Shown here: piece after piece, positions 8,523 through 15,405 of the stretch
Layout: every line of letters begins with the position of its first letter
Numbering within the stretch: the first letter of the stretch is position 1
Virus record (IMG/VR): IMGVR_UViG_3300036852_000533
Span: 1 to 52,184 of that record
Length of the DNA stretch: 52,184 nucleotides
Source of the DNA: a virus
Lineage: Duplodnaviria; Caudoviricetes
Reading direction: 5' to 3' (one strand)
Notes under the pieces: model-generated
Told to the model about the DNA's origin: nothing
Database searches by the model: none
What the model saw: only the letters and a program-made list of their open reading frames with translations
Program-made: the position numbers and the translations under genes

Positions 8523-8692
8523 AAACCTACACTGCCGAAGATTTCAAACGCTGGGGCGCGAAGGGCGGTGCAAAGTCCAAGCGTGTGCTGACCAAAGCAC
8601 AGGCCAAGGCGATGGTCGCCGCACGGGAAAAGAAACTTCGGAAAACCAAGCGCGTGGCCCGGCGTGCTAACGCAGAGGTCAGCCATGAGTGA
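8519..8692 (+). CDS. Small basic KGG-motif protein
   Basis: FKRWGAKGGAKSKR; very Lys/Arg rich; stop inside the attC. Confidence 0.65.
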   Translation: MKTYTAEDFKRWGAKGGAKSKRVLTKAQAKAMVAAREKKLRKTKRVARRANAEVSHE

Positions 8693-8762
8693 CGCGCCCG
8701 CGACATCCGAATCCACGCAAACCGTCAACGCGGCACTCATTGGCTGCACCGACGGGTTAGGC
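8665..8762 (-). repeat. attC site (intact)
   Basis: TGCTAAC-GCAGAG-GTCAGC-CA-TGAGTG ... CACTCA-TTG-GCTGCACC-GACGG-GTTAGGC. Confidence 0.82.
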
Positions 8763-8990
8763 GCACGGGATTGGAAGGCATACCGGCGCATCTGGAACAA
8801 GACGCACCCTGAAAGCATCAAGTCAGCACAGAAAAAACTGAGAACCAAAAAACATGAACAAGGCGAAATCGTCAACCAAGCCGAGTGCAAATGCACCGTA
8901 TGCAAAAGCGTCTTCAACCGCGATGACGCGCACCTGCGGGGATACCGATTCCTGTCGCGCTTCGTATGCGTGTGCGACGAGTGCGCCTAA
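8685..8990 (+). CDS. Cassette-borne Zn-finger-like protein, paralog of 1383..1697
   Basis: GLGAR...KHE.G...KC..C..VF.R..AH.RG.R...C.CDECA shared with 1383..1697; ends GTTAGGCGCAC / GTGCGCCTAAC. Confidence 0.75.
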   Translation: MSDAPATSESTQTVNAALIGCTDGLGARDWKAYRRIWNKTHPESIKSAQKKLRTKKHEQGEIVNQAECKCTVCKSVFNRDDAHLRGYRFLSRFVCVCDECA

Positions 8991-9110
8991 CGACCAAGCT
9001 CAGCGACCTGTGCCGGAGACAGGCGTTGAGCGGAAAGGAAACGATGAATGAACCAACAGCGGTCGTGCGTGAAAAGCGCGGCACAGGTTCTCTGGAGCGC
9101 ATGGTTAGGT
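8985..9110 (-). repeat. attC site (intact)
   Basis: GCCTAAC-GACCAA-GCTCAGC-GA-CCTGTGCCG ... CGGCACAGG-TTC-TCTGGAGC-GCATG-GTTAGGT. Confidence 0.85.
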
Positions 9111-9373
9111 GTGCGTCGTGCAAATACTGGGGAACTAAACCCGGTGAACGCGGCAATCCTCGCCTGCGGTCCTGCAACCATCCAAAGCATGTGATGGGAT
9201 ACCAGTCCGCCGCCGCCGTGCCAGATGACGGAATGATAATCGAATCGGATGAGGGATGGGGCATCGAAGTTGGGCCTCTCTTTGGGTGCGTGAATGGTGA
9301 GGCGAGCACACCTAACGGTGCGCTATGCGACGGGGATGAGCCGCCGCAGACGTTGAAATCGAAACAATCGTGA
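9044..9373 (+). CDS. Cassette-borne Cys-rich hypothetical protein
   Basis: AAGGA RBS and ATG in the attC loop; CASCKYW...GPLFGCV; ends GTTAGGTGTGC / GCACACCTAAC. Confidence 0.75.
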   Translation: MNEPTAVVREKRGTGSLERMVRCASCKYWGTKPGERGNPRLRSCNHPKHVMGYQSAAAVPDDGMIIESDEGWGIEVGPLFGCVNGEASTPNGALCDGDEPPQTLKSKQS

Positions 9374-9410
9374 ACGGCTCATCCCCGTTCGCTGCAGCGC
9401 ATGGTTAGGC
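9310..9410 (-). repeat. attC site (intact)
   Basis: ACCTAAC-GGTGCG-CTATGC-GA-CGGGGATGAGCCG ... CGGCTCATCCCCG-TTC-GCTGCAGC-GCATG-GTTAGGC. Confidence 0.87.
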
Positions 9411-9436
9411 GACTGGAATAATTTTTGGAATAATTT

Positions 9437-9649
9437 ATGAACGAGAAAGAGCAAACCGATCACTTCGCCAACGATGTGGACAACCTGGTAGAACGTTACC
9501 GGAGCGAATACGAGATGAGCTACGCCGCCGTCGTGGGCGTGCTCCAAATGAAAATCCATCTACTGTGCGACGAAGCATCGGAGCGTGGTGATGAAGTCGC
9601 CCAACGTCCGCATAAGCGATGGCGGACACGAGACGTGAAAATTAACTGA
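9437..9649 (+). CDS. Cassette-borne hypothetical protein
   Basis: Ends GTTAGGCGACT / AGTCGCCCAAC; C-terminal tail encoded by the next attC. Confidence 0.7.
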   Translation: MNEKEQTDHFANDVDNLVERYRSEYEMSYAAVVGVLQMKIHLLCDEASERGDEVAQRPHKRWRTRDVKIN

Positions 9650-9687
9650 CGGCATCGCCCGCCATTCGCTTCATGCGGTGGTTAGGC
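9599..9687 (-). repeat. attC site (intact)
   Basis: GCCCAAC-GTCC-GCATAAGC-GA-TGGCGG ... CCGCCA-TTC-GCTTCATGC-GGTG-GTTAGGC. Confidence 0.85.
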
Positions 9688-9708
9688 ATCCGTCGAACCA
9701 ACAAAAAC

Positions 9709-9924
9709 ATGATACATATAATCGAATCCTTCGCCTGCGGACTCGCGTTCGCAATGGGAATAACCTCGTGGTTCTTCATCCGCGACTTGGCGACCGTGAA
9801 AGGTCGCGAAGAACTGAAAAAAGAAATGCACGAACACGCCAAGCGCGTCGAGGACAGGCTGGCTGTCCAAGTCTCGACGATGCTTGTCTGTCTCGACGAA
9901 ATCAAGAAGCGCAAGGATGCCTAA
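9709..9924 (+). CDS. Cassette-borne small membrane-anchored protein
   Basis: N-terminal TM then coiled coil; ends GTTAGGCATCC / GGATGCCTAAC; stop in the core box. Confidence 0.7.
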   Translation: MIHIIESFACGLAFAMGITSWFFIRDLATVKGREELKKEMHEHAKRVEDRLAVQVSTMLVCLDEIKKRKDA

Positions 9925-10023
9925 CGAAAAAGCTGACCGATGAGAGGGAGCGCGCCAACGACGTTCGATTCGAGAGTGAGCCAAACGCGCTCCCTCTCAT
10001 TCGTGTCCAGCGCATTGTTCCCC
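9919..10023 (-). repeat. attC site (intact, belongs to the attI-proximal cassette)
   Basis: GCCTAAC-GAAAAG-CTGACC-GA-TGAGAGGGAGCGCG ... CGCGCTCCCTCTCA-TTC-GTGTCCAGC-GCATT-GTTCCCC. Confidence 0.85.
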
Positions 10024-10044
10024 GACTGGTCGAAAAAGAAAAGC

Positions 10045-10073
10045 TTGACACCACAAGCGGCTTGTGATACAAT
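10045..10073 (+). promoter_or_regulatory. Near-consensus sigma70 promoter with a palindromic operator in the spacer
   Basis: TTGACA-17 nt-TACAAT; spacer contains CACAAGC-G-GCTTGTG (10052-10066). Confidence 0.8.
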
Positions 10074-10083
10074 GCCAGTGAAG

Positions 10084-10461
10084 ATGAAAACTGAACTCAT
10101 CCAAATCGGGCTGACCGCCGCACAGGTGGACTCAGCGGACTGGCTACTCGGCTGCCCTCTCTTTTACGATGCCGCCGAATCACTCGCCCACAACTGGGAC
10201 GAGACACCGGAGCGCGCCGCCGCAATCGTGGCCGCTGCAAAACAAGTGAAGCGTGACGGGCGGACTCTGACGCTGCCAAACGACCATGAGGTAATCGAAT
10301 ACCTGCACCAATACGCCGAGCAACTGGCGGACATGAGCGCAAAGGAATACCTCGATGAACTCGTGGGCAAAGGCATCCCGCACCGTGAAGCTCAATGCAA
10401 GGTCAACGCCGCCGTGCGGTCTGCGGAATCGCTCGCGGAGAAAATCGCCTGCCACCTATGA
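10084..10461 (+). CDS. Hypothetical protein, first gene of the two-gene attI-proximal cassette
   Basis: ATG just downstream of the promoter; ATGA-coupled to the next gene. Confidence 0.7.
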   Translation: MKTELIQIGLTAAQVDSADWLLGCPLFYDAAESLAHNWDETPERAAAIVAAAKQVKRDGRTLTLPNDHEVIEYLHQYAEQLADMSAKEYLDELVGKGIPHREAQCKVNAAVRSAESLAEKIACHL

Positions 10462-10613
10462 ATCCCGAAGCTCGCAAATACCTCGCCAGCATCGGAAGCA
10501 AAGGCGGGAAGGCAACCGGGACAAGCAAGCGGCGTGGGTCTGCCGCCTACTACAAACGAATCTCAAAGCTCGCCGCGAAAGCACGAAAGGCGAAGTCGGG
10601 GAACTCTTATTAA
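10458..10613 (+). CDS. Small basic KGG-motif protein (possible DNA-binding regulator)
   Basis: YLASIGSKGGKATG..RG..YYKRISKLA; stop codon lies within the attI candidate. Confidence 0.7.
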   Translation: MNPEARKYLASIGSKGGKATGTSKRRGSAAYYKRISKLAAKARKAKSGNSY

Positions 10614-10616
10614 GCA
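10598..10616 (-). other. Candidate attI site
   Basis: Minus strand TGCTTAA-TAAGA-GTTCCCC (L box, 5 nt, R box) with no hairpin partner; AGTCGGGGAAC at 10594 is the perfect complement of the cassette's other end GTTCCCCGACT at 10017; immediately upstream of intI. Confidence 0.7.
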
Positions 10617-10626
10617 TCATCCACGC

Positions 10627-11601
10627 ATGTTTAAGGATAATTTCATAACGGTTGCCAGAGCACACGGGTTGCGACTCCAGACCGAACGCGCTTATTACGG
10701 CGCGGCAGCCAAGCATATTAAGTGGCTTGGAGCGAGGTCTGCAAAGGATTTGGAGCGTGATCCGACGAAACAATTCCGGGATTACCTCACCATGCTGGCC
10801 AATGTGAATGGCGATAGAAGCGAAGGCGACGAAGGCATTTCAGCTTCCAGCCAGAATTTGGCATTTCACGCATTGAGATTTCTCTACGAAAAAGTAATCG
10901 GCATCCAGCTTGGAGACCTTTCAAACATTCCGCGCGCAAGCGGGCACGAAAGAATTGTGGATGTGCCCCCTGACGATGTGGCGATAAAACTCGTGCAATC
11001 AGTGCCGGGCGTTAACGGAGTCGCGCTGCGCTTGATCTATGGCACTGCCGGACGGCTCAATGACATTCTGAGATTGCGAGTTAAGGATTTGGACTTCCGC
11101 AGGAAACTCGTGAGCGTGCAGGAGAGCAAGGGTGGTAAATCACGCCTCGTCCCAATGCCGCCTAGTCTGATTCCAGAACTTTCCGCGCTGGTAAAGGAGC
11201 GGGAAAGGATTCACGAGGCAGACTTGGCGGACGGATTTGGGTGGGTTCACATGCCGGGGATGCTGGCCAAAAAATATCCTGGAGAGGAAAACTCGCCCGG
11301 CTGGCAGTACCTGTTCGCATCAGCAACACTTTCCAAAGACCCCATCAGCGGAAAAACGGGGAGGCATCATATCTTTGACGTGACATTGCAACGTGCCTTC
11401 GCCAATGCGCGGCGGAAGTTGCGAATCAAACGGCACTACACTATTCACGGACTCCGCCACGCTGCGGCTCAATGGATGGAGCGCAACGGGGTGACGCGCT
11501 CAACGATTCAGGAAATTCTCGGGCACGAAAATTCGAGTACGACCGACCGTTATCTCCTATCTGGGAAACGCAGCGTGGCGAACGTGCCGACGCCAATCTA
11601 G
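10627..11601 (+). CDS. intI: Integron integrase (IntI-family tyrosine recombinase)
   Basis: N-terminal SAM-like domain (TERAY..SASSQNLAFHALRFLY); catalytic R (GRLND), K (SKGGK), HGLRH, LGH, Y (TTDRY); IntI-specific insert GWVHMPGMLAKKYP..GWQYLF...SKDPISGKTGRHH. Confidence 0.92.
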   Translation: MFKDNFITVARAHGLRLQTERAYYGAAAKHIKWLGARSAKDLERDPTKQFRDYLTMLANVNGDRSEGDEGISASSQNLAFHALRFLYEKVIGIQLGDLSNIPRASGHERIVDVPPDDVAIKLVQSVPGVNGVALRLIYGTAGRLNDILRLRVKDLDFRRKLVSVQESKGGKSRLVPMPPSLIPELSALVKERERIHEADLADGFGWVHMPGMLAKKYPGEENSPGWQYLFASATLSKDPISGKTGRHHIFDVTLQRAFANARRKLRIKRHYTIHGLRHAAAQWMERNGVTRSTIQEILGHENSSTTDRYLLSGKRSVANVPTPI

Positions 11602-11864
11602 GGATGGTTTGTCGCCGACGGATGAAAGTGAGCGACCTCCATGCGAACGGCATCAAGTTTGTTCTCCAAATCCATCATGTGCCGCCATTGCGCCGCACGG
11701 GCGTCCTTTTCATCCTGCCGATGCTGGTTGAAGTGGTCACTGGTTACGAATAACTGATAAGCTAAAACGAGGGATAACCCACCGCCGGCAGCCGTGGACA
11801 CTTTCCCCTTGTGCTTATCAGCAATGTTGCGCGTCCGCTGAAGCAATGTGGTGTCGCCGCTCAT
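11598..11864 (-). CDS. Small single-TM coiled-coil protein (possible lysis accessory)
   Basis: TM AAGGGLSLVLAYQLFV then coiled coil; last gene of the late operon. Confidence 0.5.
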   Translation of the reverse strand: MSGDTTLLQRTRNIADKHKGKVSTAAGGGLSLVLAYQLFVTSDHFNQHRQDEKDARAAQWRHMMDLENKLDAVRMEVAHFHPSATNHP

Positions 11865-11866
11865 AT

Positions 11867-12259
11867 TTAATTTATTAGTGGTTTATGACGCTTGATTGTA
11901 GGTGGATTCATCAATTTGTGATTCGCTATGGCTGACAACCAAGCAGCAAGTGTTCGTGTGTCTTTTTGTAAACTCTTATCTTCTTCGATTTTTTCGCACT
12001 GAGAAAGCAGCGCTCCCCAATCCTCAAAAGTCAATTCATAGTTCCTGTCAAGATATTTGTCCAGTAACGCATCTATGTTAAGGTGGTCATCAGGACTATG
12101 TAACAACTTCGCAGCTTTTTGTCCAAACAACGCCATCACTGCTTCAAGACGTGTAACTCGCTCACTCATTTTCCCGTGTGCGTTAATAGCACTGACTGCA
12201 AAGACAAGAAAAACACTCGCAAAACCACCAAGCAACCACAATGTAATTGATTCAGTCAT
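11867..12259 (-). CDS. N-terminal TM protein (possible lysis accessory)
   Basis: ITLWLLGGFASVFLVFAV then SERVTRLE; AT-richer than neighbours. Confidence 0.55.
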   Translation of the reverse strand: MTESITLWLLGGFASVFLVFAVSAINAHGKMSERVTRLEAVMALFGQKAAKLLHSPDDHLNIDALLDKYLDRNYELTFEDWGALLSQCEKIEEDKSLQKDTRTLAAWLSAIANHKLMNPPTIKRHKPLIN

Positions 12260-12301
12260 TTAGTAAACGGATGTTCTGGGTGACTTGGTTCGTGCTCAGT
12301 T

Positions 12302-14152
12302 TCATTTCGAGTGTTGCACCACGAACGGCGCGCTCAAAGCTGTCGTCGTGGCTGAACCGCCGTTGGCGTGATCCAGGTCATCAAAATAGATGGTGTTTCG
12401 GAATCCACCCACGCTTGCCACATGCCCCGCCGAATCCACGGCGATTGCACTGCCACTGGTGGGGGCCGCGCCGCCTGCCCGCTTCACCCATCGGCTTGCG
12501 CCCGTGCTGTTGGCGCTGGCGATGAAATAGGTGGCATTTCCGCTTAGAAATGTGTTTGGAGCGAAGGAAACAAATGACGTAAGCTGGCCGGTGTAGAAGA
12601 TATTTCCGCTGCTGTCCACCGTCACGGAAACACCCAAGTCCCCTGCTCCATAGCCGTAACCGGGAATGTTTGGAGTTCTGGCCCACAAGTAATTTCCACT
12701 CACATCGTACGCCGCAAGAAACAGGCCGCCATCGTTGTTGGCTGTGCCGTCATAATATGCCACCACCGGGCCTCCCACGGATGAGGAAGCACGATAATTC
12801 CCCGTGGCGATGATATTTCCGGTGATCGGGTCAGCGGCAACAGCCTTGATGCCGTCGTCTGAAGGACTACCTCTTGGCTTGAACCATTTGCACAGCCCGT
12901 CCGATCCTGAAAATTTTACCAGAAACACGTCGTAACCCGCACTGACCACACTCTGGCCACACAGATTGACCGTGCCATTGTATCCTCCACACAGGACTGC
13001 ATCTCCGAACTTGTCAATGGCCAGAGCACTCGGGCTGTTTAGAATCAAGGACGATGAGGAAAACCCTTTGGCCCAGAGCGCCGTGCCGTTATTACTGGAT
13101 AGCTTGGCGACAGCGATGGCATTACCGGGACCGGTGTTGGCGACGGTAAAGCTGTCAAACACCATTCCAGTGCCGACAAACTGACAGGCAACAAACACGT
13201 TGCCGCTTCCATCCAATGACACGCCTTTGCCTCCTGAACTGGATGACGAACCAAAGCGTCTCGCCCAGATGAGAGTGCCCGGAACACCGGAAGTGCCGGG
13301 AGAATATTTGGCGACATACGTATCGGTGGAGGCCACTGCCGTCAGCGGTGTGCCGCCGAAGTCCACCGTGCCTGAAAAGAATCCACAGACGATAATGTTC
13401 CCGGTTGAGTCCGTGGCCACACCCGTCACATCTTCATTGTAGATGCCGCCGAGGCGCTTCGCCCAAAGCAGACCGCCCTGGGAGTTGTATTTGACAACGA
13501 AAATGTCCGTTCCGCCCGCTGATTCCAGATGAGTGTTTCCGAAATCAACGTAGGGAGCGAACGCACCGGAGGAGATGACGTTTCCATTGGCATCAGCGGC
13601 CACGGCAGTTGGGCTGGCGTTCGCGTTAAGCACGCCGATACCAACCCATCTGAACGTTCCCGGAACGGGCGCATTGGTCGGCCTGGCCACGACGCGATAA
13701 ACCATCATACTGTTCGTGCGTGGGAGTTGCAGGACGTTTGTGCTGTTGGTCGGTGGATACACTGATGAAGCTTGTAACCATGTTGCGCCGCTGGGAACCA
13801 CTGTCGGTTTGCTCTCGATGAAACTCTCGTAACTATTGGTCGCCGTCCATTTCAGGACGACGGTGTTCGAGCTTTTCGTGATGAAAATGGCGGCGGGATA
13901 TGAACCGAGCGGTGTTGTCGGAACTGGTGGAGGTTGTGCGGCGACCATTGCAGCAATCTGATTCGTGGTCGGCACATAATAGTTCTTCGTCGGATCAATT
14001 GCGGCCGTGCTCACCATCGGCTTGTTGAGCGTGTCGGCGCTGGCCGCGTCCTTCGGGCTGCGGACTTTGGCGTTCAATGGCAGCACAAGCATCATCACGC
14101 ACGCCGCAAGCAGCGTGAGGGCCAGAATCTTTTCCTCGGTGCGCCAGTTCAT
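12302..14152 (-). CDS. Secreted-type beta-propeller (SBBP-like repeat) protein
   Basis: Repeated VAxDxxGN..G.F..TVDFG..DxFVVKY..G..LWAK blades; N-terminal signal-like segment; start reassigned to 14152. Confidence 0.75.
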   Translation of the reverse strand: MNWRTEEKILALTLLAACVMMLVLPLNAKVRSPKDAASADTLNKPMVSTAAIDPTKNYYVPTTNQIAAMVAAQPPPVPTTPLGSYPAAIFITKSSNTVVLKWTATNSYESFIESKPTVVPSGATWLQASSVYPPTNSTNVLQLPRTNSMMVYRVVARPTNAPVPGTFRWVGIGVLNANASPTAVAADANGNVISSGAFAPYVDFGNTHLESAGGTDIFVVKYNSQGGLLWAKRLGGIYNEDVTGVATDSTGNIIVCGFFSGTVDFGGTPLTAVASTDTYVAKYSPGTSGVPGTLIWARRFGSSSSSGGKGVSLDGSGNVFVACQFVGTGMVFDSFTVANTGPGNAIAVAKLSSNNGTALWAKGFSSSSLILNSPSALAIDKFGDAVLCGGYNGTVNLCGQSVVSAGYDVFLVKFSGSDGLCKWFKPRGSPSDDGIKAVAADPITGNIIATGNYRASSSVGGPVVAYYDGTANNDGGLFLAAYDVSGNYLWARTPNIPGYGYGAGDLGVSVTVDSSGNIFYTGQLTSFVSFAPNTFLSGNATYFIASANSTGASRWVKRAGGAAPTSGSAIAVDSAGHVASVGGFRNTIYFDDLDHANGGSATTTALSAPFVVQHSK

Positions 14153-15402
14153 TGCGGATGCCAGACCATGATTGGAGTTGCCACGCTGTAAGTGATCGTT
14201 GTCCATTCTCCCGGTTGGAGCGGAATCGTGTGATCGCCAGAAACCAGCGTTCCGAAAATGGCCGCGCCGTTCAGATTTACCGCCGTGGTCGCGCCGTTGG
14301 CGTCGAGAAATACATTCACGTTTTTGGTGAGCGTGTTCGTCCAATTAAATGGAGATGCGGTAACACTGATACTCGTTGAGGCCAGTTGGTTGGAGGCGTA
14401 GGAAGCGACACCATTCGTTACATAAATCTGTTGTTGCAAATGAAGGTTGCTAAGGAGCAACGAACACGTCACTTCGCCGGAGTTCACAATCCTGCCGATA
14501 TTCACCGCACTTGGCTCAAGACCGATTTGGGTTGACCCACTTCGCGGCACGAAGAATCCATTGCCGGTGTAGGAGTAACCCTGAACATTCAAGTCTCCAG
14601 TCGCCACATAGGCAGTGGGGACTTGGAGATTGCCGCTGAGATTGGTCTGCCCGCCGTTCGTCAGGCAGAGGGTGATTTTCGTGACGGTATTTGTTCCGGC
14701 GGTGAAGGTATGAGTGTTGGTGTTGATTGCGACCCACTCGAACGGCGCTACGGGATTGCTAGACAAAAGGAATGAGAAAGAGTTGGCGTTCGTGAGAAGC
14801 GGCCCAGGCGGGAGTGCGTTCACCTGAGCGAAAGTGGTGGCCGTGCCATCGGCGTCAATCGGGACTGCGCCGCTGGCGGTGGCATTGGCGATACCACGAG
14901 CACCGTCTCCAACTTGCACACGGCCACTAGTGAGCGTGGCGTTGTTGGTGGTCAGCGTCGCGCCGGTGACGTTGCCGACGGGGATGCTGGGCGACACTCC
15001 GTTGGTGGAAACCGTCCGTCCGTCCGCACTGACGGTAATGCCGCTGCCAGCCGTGACGGTGTTGGACATTCCCGCGCCGTTGCCGGTGAAGCTGCCGGAC
15101 CAACTGTTGCTCGGGTTGATGCGGGCGGTGGGGACGGTGCCGCTGGCGAGGGCGGAGGCGTTTAGATCGGTCAGGCCCGCTCCGTTGCCGATGAAGTTGG
15201 TGGCCACAACGCTGTCTGCGGACAGCGTTCCCAACACAACAAGATTAGTGGTCAACGCGTCAGACTTGATTCCCAGCTTGGAAGTTCCGGTCGTTCCGTA
15301 AAATTGATTGGTGTCAAATGACTGGAAAGAAGGATTGGCCCCAAAGGCTGAAAGGGAAAGTAATAGCGCGCCGAGTATCGAGAATTGAATGAATGATTTC
15401 AT
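14149..15402 (-). CDS. Fibre-like Thr/Asn/Gly-rich protein with a signal-peptide-like N-terminus
   Basis: F.GNGAGLT.LNAS.L.SGTVP.ARI motif typical of trimeric fibres; MKSFIQFSILGALLLSLSAFG. Confidence 0.6.
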   Translation of the reverse strand: MKSFIQFSILGALLLSLSAFGANPSFQSFDTNQFYGTTGTSKLGIKSDALTTNLVVLGTLSADSVVATNFIGNGAGLTDLNASALASGTVPTARINPSNSWSGSFTGNGAGMSNTVTAGSGITVSADGRTVSTNGVSPSIPVGNVTGATLTTNNATLTSGRVQVGDGARGIANATASGAVPIDADGTATTFAQVNALPPGPLLTNANSFSFLLSSNPVAPFEWVAINTNTHTFTAGTNTVTKITLCLTNGGQTNLSGNLQVPTAYVATGDLNVQGYSYTGNGFFVPRSGSTQIGLEPSAVNIGRIVNSGEVTCSLLLSNLHLQQQIYVTNGVASYASNQLASTSISVTASPFNWTNTLTKNVNVFLDANGATTAVNLNGAAIFGTLVSGDHTIPLQPGEWTTITYSVATPIMVWHPQ

Positions 15403-15405
15403 GGT

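Larger units (their letters stand above)
4877..11601. mobile_element. Phage-encoded integron: cassette array, attI and intI
   Basis: IntI-type recombinase divergent from the attC polarity; series of attC hairpins separating small ORFs whose ends are self-complementary. Confidence 0.88.

Noticed and set aside
8665-10023. Regularly spaced hairpins as a CRISPR array linked to the Cas2-like gene
   Set aside because: The repeats are not identical, are about 90-130 bp long and are separated by whole genes; they fit attC, and no CRISPR array was seen anywhere
8665-10023. The hairpins as intrinsic terminators or REP elements
   Set aside because: No U-tracts; conserved AAC/GTT cores, box spacing and asymmetric bulges; adjacent IntI
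10534-11601. Ordinary prophage integrase or XerC, with the start at 10534
   Set aside because: The IntI-specific insertion is present; the longer start overlaps the KGG gene and attI, and ATG 10627 fits the IntI N-terminus
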